Positions 60,009 to 64,000 of a DNA stretch of 64,000 nucleotides are shown in pieces (positions within the stretch are counted from its first letter, which is position 1; each line of letters begins with the position of its first letter). The position numbers were made by a program, and so were the translations under genes. Under the pieces are notes generated by a model. It was not told where the DNA came from, searched no databases, and saw nothing but the letters and a program-made list of their open reading frames with translations. This DNA comes from Candidatus Levyibacteriota bacterium (GTDB taxonomy: Bacteria; Patescibacteriota; Microgenomatia; Levybacterales; UBA12049): contig OY970292.1 of the NCBI GenBank assembly GCA_963716145.1, positions 12,104 through 76,103 of the forward strand. The letters are read 5' to 3'.

Positions 60009-61220
60009 ACAAAAAGTTTTAAATTGAACATTTCAATAGGGATATATTTTGTTGTTATTTTTTTCCTATTTCTATATTCTTTTACGCAAATAGATTTAAG
60101 TCTTACATTTTCAAGGATCACGGTTTTGCGAAATCTAGTAACCTCTTTTCAGCAAATAGGTTACTTCAATCGTCCGCTTTCAATGTATATTTACATAGGT
60201 CTTCTTATTTTGCTATATGGTTTTTATTTTTATTTCCTCAAACTATCGCTTGAGAAAAAGATTAGCAAAAAAACTGTTTGGAAAATATTGATAGCTTCTT
60301 CTGCGATTTTGGTCTTTTCCTATAATGCTTTTTCTTACGATTTATTCAATTATATTTTTGACGCCAAGATATTTACTCACTATCATTTAAATCCTTATGT
60401 TCATAAAGCGCTGGATTTTCCCGGAGATCCAATGCTTTCTTTTATGCGCTGGACTCATAGAGTCTATCCTTATGGTCCTATTTGGCTTCTTCTGACAGTC
60501 CCATTATCTTTTATTGGTTTTAATTTTTTTCTTCCCACCTTTTTTATGTTTAAAATTTTGATGGCAGCCAGTTTTCTTGGAAGCTTGTGTTTTATCGGGA
60601 AAATTCTGCAAAAAACAACGCCCAATAAAGAAATTTTTGGTTTAGTCTTTTTCGGATTAAATCCATTGGTAATTATCGAATCTTTGGTCAGCGGGCATCT
60701 GGATATCGTGATGGTTTTCTTTGCCCTCTGGGCAACTCATAAATTAGTAGAAAAAAAATACGCGTTACCATTTTTGTTATTAGCTCTTTCAACTGGGATT
60801 AAGTTCGGGACAATTTTTCTGCTTCCTATTTTCATCTATATTTTATTTTTGCAAAAGAAGAAAAAATCAGTTGATTGGGATTTGATTTTCAAGACTTGCA
60901 CCATAGCAATGGTTATTACTGTTTTTCTATCATCAACTTACAGCGGTAATTTTCAACCTTGGTATCTTGTTTTACCTTTAGCTTTTGCAGTGTTTATATC
61001 CAGACGATATTACATTTTCATTCCTTGCATTATTATTTCATTTTTTGCTTTGCTCATGTATCTACCTTTCTTATATCTCGGAAATTGGGATAAGCCTGTG
61101 CCGCAGATTCTGTGGAATTTACAGATTAGTTCAATGATATTATCATTTATTGCAGTTTTGGTTTATTATTTAAACCTAAGCCATCCATTCGACAAGCTCA
61201 GGACGCGAAAGCACAAATAA
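60006..61220 (+). CDS. GT-C membrane glycosyltransferase (MptA/B-like)
   Basis: SYDLFNY, NPY, YPYGP, NPL...GHLD, QPWY. Confidence 0.75.
   Translation: MTKSFKLNISIGIYFVVIFFLFLYSFTQIDLSLTFSRITVLRNLVTSFQQIGYFNRPLSMYIYIGLLILLYGFYFYFLKLSLEKKISKKTVWKILIASSAILVFSYNAFSYDLFNYIFDAKIFTHYHLNPYVHKALDFPGDPMLSFMRWTHRVYPYGPIWLLLTVPLSFIGFNFFLPTFFMFKILMAASFLGSLCFIGKILQKTTPNKEIFGLVFFGLNPLVIIESLVSGHLDIVMVFFALWATHKLVEKKYALPFLLLALSTGIKFGTIFLLPIFIYILFLQKKKKSVDWDLIFKTCTIAMVITVFLSSTYSGNFQPWYLVLPLAFAVFISRRYYIFIPCIIISFFALLMYLPFLYLGNWDKPVPQILWNLQISSMILSFIAVLVYYLNLSHPFDKLRTRKHK
61184..61207 (+). repeat. 24-bp hairpin element, in frame at the C-terminus
   Basis: tccattcgacaagctcaggacgcg; one mismatch to the reverse complement of the recJ insert. 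Confidence 0.85.
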
Positions 61221-61250
61221 AACGCATATATTATTGTATAATACAGCTGC

Positions 61251-62782
61251 ATGAATTTTATTAAAAAGTATTCATTTTTCATTTTCTTGATTGGAATTAT
61301 TGTACTCTACCTTTTCACGCGTCTTTCTAGTATTTTGTCTCTTCCGATCTTTACAGATGAAGCTATCTATGTCCGCTGGTCGCAAATAGCAAGCAATGAT
61401 GCTAACTGGCGCTTTATCTCACTAACTGATGGCAAGCAGCCTATGTTTGTCTGGATTGCGATGATACTTCTAAAATTTATTAAAGAGCCTCTGCTTGCGG
61501 GAAGACTGGTATCAGTTGGAGCAGGATTTGCATCATTAGTTGGCATATTTTTTCTGACGAGTGAGATCTTTAACCCTTCGGCCCACTCAGGGCAAGAAAG
61601 CTCGGTATTCTGGCGAGTTCGCTCTACGTAATTTTTCCTTTCGCGCTGGTTTATGACAGGCTCGCGTTATATGATTCACTTGTTGCGATGTTTATGATAT
61701 GGGCATTGTACTTTGAAATCCGTTTGGCCAGAAAACCACACCTGGATCTTGCCATGATTCTTGGGATGATCATGGGCGCCGGGATGTTAACAAAGACCAG
61801 TAACAATTTTGCGTTCATACTGCTGCCTTTCTCGTTACTATTATTTAATTTCAAAGATAAGAAATGGAAGCATAACCTAAAGAGTTGGATAATTTTCGCA
61901 GCAGTGTCCATAATTATTTCCCAAGTGATGTATGCAATACTGAGACTCTCGCCGTTTTTTCATATAATTGGTGAAAAAAATCTGACTTTTATATATTCAT
62001 TCAAGGAAATATTACAAGACCCCTTTAGTCATCTGCTGGGAAACTTAAAAGGTCTATTGACCTGGCTCGTTGAGTATGTAACAGCGCCATTTATTATTCT
62101 GGTTATTTCTTCATTTTTGATTGGTAAAAAATATTTCAATGAAAAACTTCTGCTTCTGATCTGGTTTCTGGCTCCATTTACGGCTCTTGCGCTTTTTGGG
62201 AAAGTAATCTATCCGCGATTTATTTTTTTTATGACAATGCCTCTTCTCGTAATGGGATCATACGCGCTCTACAACATGTATAATCTATCAAAAAAAACTT
62301 ATCTAAAAGCATTGGTTATTTTAGTTTTTCTTGGGACATTCATATTGAATGATTTTTTAATACTTACCAATTTTGCAAAAGCTCCGATTCCTCAATCTGA
62401 CAAAAGTCAGTTGTTAGAAAGTTGGCCTTCCGGGGTTGGCGTAAAAGAAACGGTTAATTTTTTGCAGCAAAAGTCGAAAGAAGGGAAAATTTATGTAGGG
62501 ACTGAGGGAACCTTTGGGCTGATGCCTTATTCCCTGGAGATTTATTTAAAAGATAATAAAAATATCACCACAAAAGGTTTTTGGCCGATTAACGATACTC
62601 CACCAAAAGAAGCTGTGGAATCAGCGAAGGAAATACCAACATATTTTGTATTTTATCAACCATGTCCATCTTGCCCTACAACAGGTATTGCACCAAAACC
62701 ATGGCCGGTAAAGCAAATTTTTCAGATCCCAAAACCTGAAAAAGACAGTTATTACACACTGTATCAACTAAATCCACAATGA
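61251..62782 (+). CDS. GT39/ArnT-like glycosyltransferase (apparent frameshift ~61598)
   Basis: PIFTDEAIY, DGKQP; shifted frame continues KLGILASSLYVIFPFALVYDRLALYDSL into ORF 61688. Confidence 0.8.
61573..61596 (+). repeat. 24-bp hairpin element inside a GT gene
   Basis: acccttcggcccactcagggcaag; same arms as 15390-15413. Confidence 0.7.
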
Positions 62783-64000
62783 TTAAAAAATTATTTGTAA
62801 CCCAAAAAATTTATATATTACTTTTAGTATTAATTTTTTTCCTGGCACTTTTTTTAAGATTTTATAAACTGTCGGAATTTCCAGTTGGTTTTCATATCGA
62901 CGAGGCAAGTCTTGGATATAACGCCTATTCCTTGCTATTGACTGGTAAAGACGATAATGGACAGACGCTGCCTTTGTATATTGATATGTTCGGCGATTAT
63001 CGTCCATCCGGGTATCATTTCCTTACTATACTTCCGGTCGCATTTTTTGGCCTTACTGTATTTGCAACAAGATTTACGGGTGCGCTTTTTGGAGCTCTTA
63101 CTATCTTCCCGATTTATTTTTTTGCTTACTTAATATTTAAAGATAAGAGGGTTGCGGTGTTGACAGCTTTTATACTGAGCATTGCTCCGTGGCATGTCGG
63201 GCTCTCAAGGGCCAGCGATGAGGCGATTGTGGCTTTATTCCTTATCCTTTCCGGCTTTCCATTGATAGTAAAAGGGATTATGGAGAAGAAAATAAAACAT
63301 GTTATCATTGGATCGGTAATTTCAGTTGTTAGTTTCTTTTTTTACCATACACCGCGTGTGTTTGTGCCACTGCTATTTTTATCATTCATTTTAGCACTAT
63401 GGAATTTTTGGTTTAAAAAGACAGCTTATAAATTTAAAACCGCGGTAATGCTCTGTTTTGTACTCGTCTCAATAATTGCGTTATCACTTGTTTATGTAAT
63501 TAAAGGAGGTACCGGCAGATTCAATCAAGTAAACATATTTTCGCATCCGGAAACTAAATTAGTAATGGAAGAGCAAATCAGGGAAGATGGATCAAGCGGA
63601 AATCGTCCTCTAATTACTCGTTTTTTTCATAACAAGCCTGTTAATTTTGGATTGACGTTCATAAGTAACTACGCAACTTACTTTGACGGTAGCTTTCTTT
63701 TTATAAAAGGAGGTTTACCAATTTGGTATAAGGTCCCCGGTATTGGACTTATTTATTTGGTGGAACTGCCTTTTATCTTGGTTGGATTATTTTATATATT
63801 AAAAGAAAAGAACCAAATTTATAAATTGCCGGTGGTTTGGCTTTTTGTGGCACCAATAGTTGCATCTTTAACAGTTGATGATGTTCCAAATGTAAATCGG
63901 GCAATTGTAATGTTTCCAATGCTTGATTTGATCGCGGCTTTTGGATTTATCTGTTTTTTAAATCATATTAGCAAAAAATATAAATATATAGCAGTTACGA
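62779..64000 (+). CDS. GT39/ArnT-like glycosyltransferase, 3'-partial
   Basis: Manual translation ...LRFYKLSEFPVGFHIDEASLGYNAYSLLLTGKD..FGDYRP; appears open to the window end. Confidence 0.85.
   Translation, partial: MIKKLFVTQKIYILLLVLIFFLALFLRFYKLSEFPVGFHIDEASLGYNAYSLLLTGKDDNGQTLPLYIDMFGDYRPSGYHFLTILPVAFFGLTVFATRFTGALFGALTIFPIYFFAYLIFKDKRVAVLTAFILSIAPWHVGLSRASDEAIVALFLILSGFPLIVKGIMEKKIKHVIIGSVISVVSFFFYHTPRVFVPLLFLSFILALWNFWFKKTAYKFKTAVMLCFVLVSIIALSLVYVIKGGTGRFNQVNIFSHPETKLVMEEQIREDGSSGNRPLITRFFHNKPVNFGLTFISNYATYFDGSFLFIKGGLPIWYKVPGIGLIYLVELPFILVGLFYILKEKNQIYKLPVVWLFVAPIVASLTVDDVPNVNRAIVMFPMLDLIAAFGFICFLNHISKKYKYIAVT

Overview
AT-rich bacterial chromosome segment. Gene content and style (DUF3048, DUF5679, DUF2079, GT-C arrays, dockerin-tailed surface proteins, archaeal-type AspRS, patchy metabolism) point to Patescibacteria/CPR, most likely Microgenomates; this assignment is inference. 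It carries housekeeping genes (secD, secF, purA, aspS, gltX, truB, purU, greA, recJ, cca, lon), tRNA-Gln(CTG), tRNA-Glu(CTC), transporters, envelope enzymes and glycosyltransferases. At least eight ORFs are split by single-base indels, mostly in homopolymers, which look like sequencing errors. The most unusual signal is a layered set of tiny insertion elements. (1) A four-helix-bundle gene sits between 16-bp perfect inverted repeats built from AT-rich heptamers, and a gene-less copy of the same flanks occurs elsewhere. (2) Heptamer x4 tracts are translated in frame inside recJ and cca. (3) A family of 24-75 bp TTCG-N5/6-CTCA hairpins is inserted precisely into heptamer tracts, coding sequences and start codons. 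(4) A stand-alone GIY-YIG nuclease gene is bracketed by a duplicated tRNA-Gln 5' end, one copy of which carries a 39-bp palindromic insertion.
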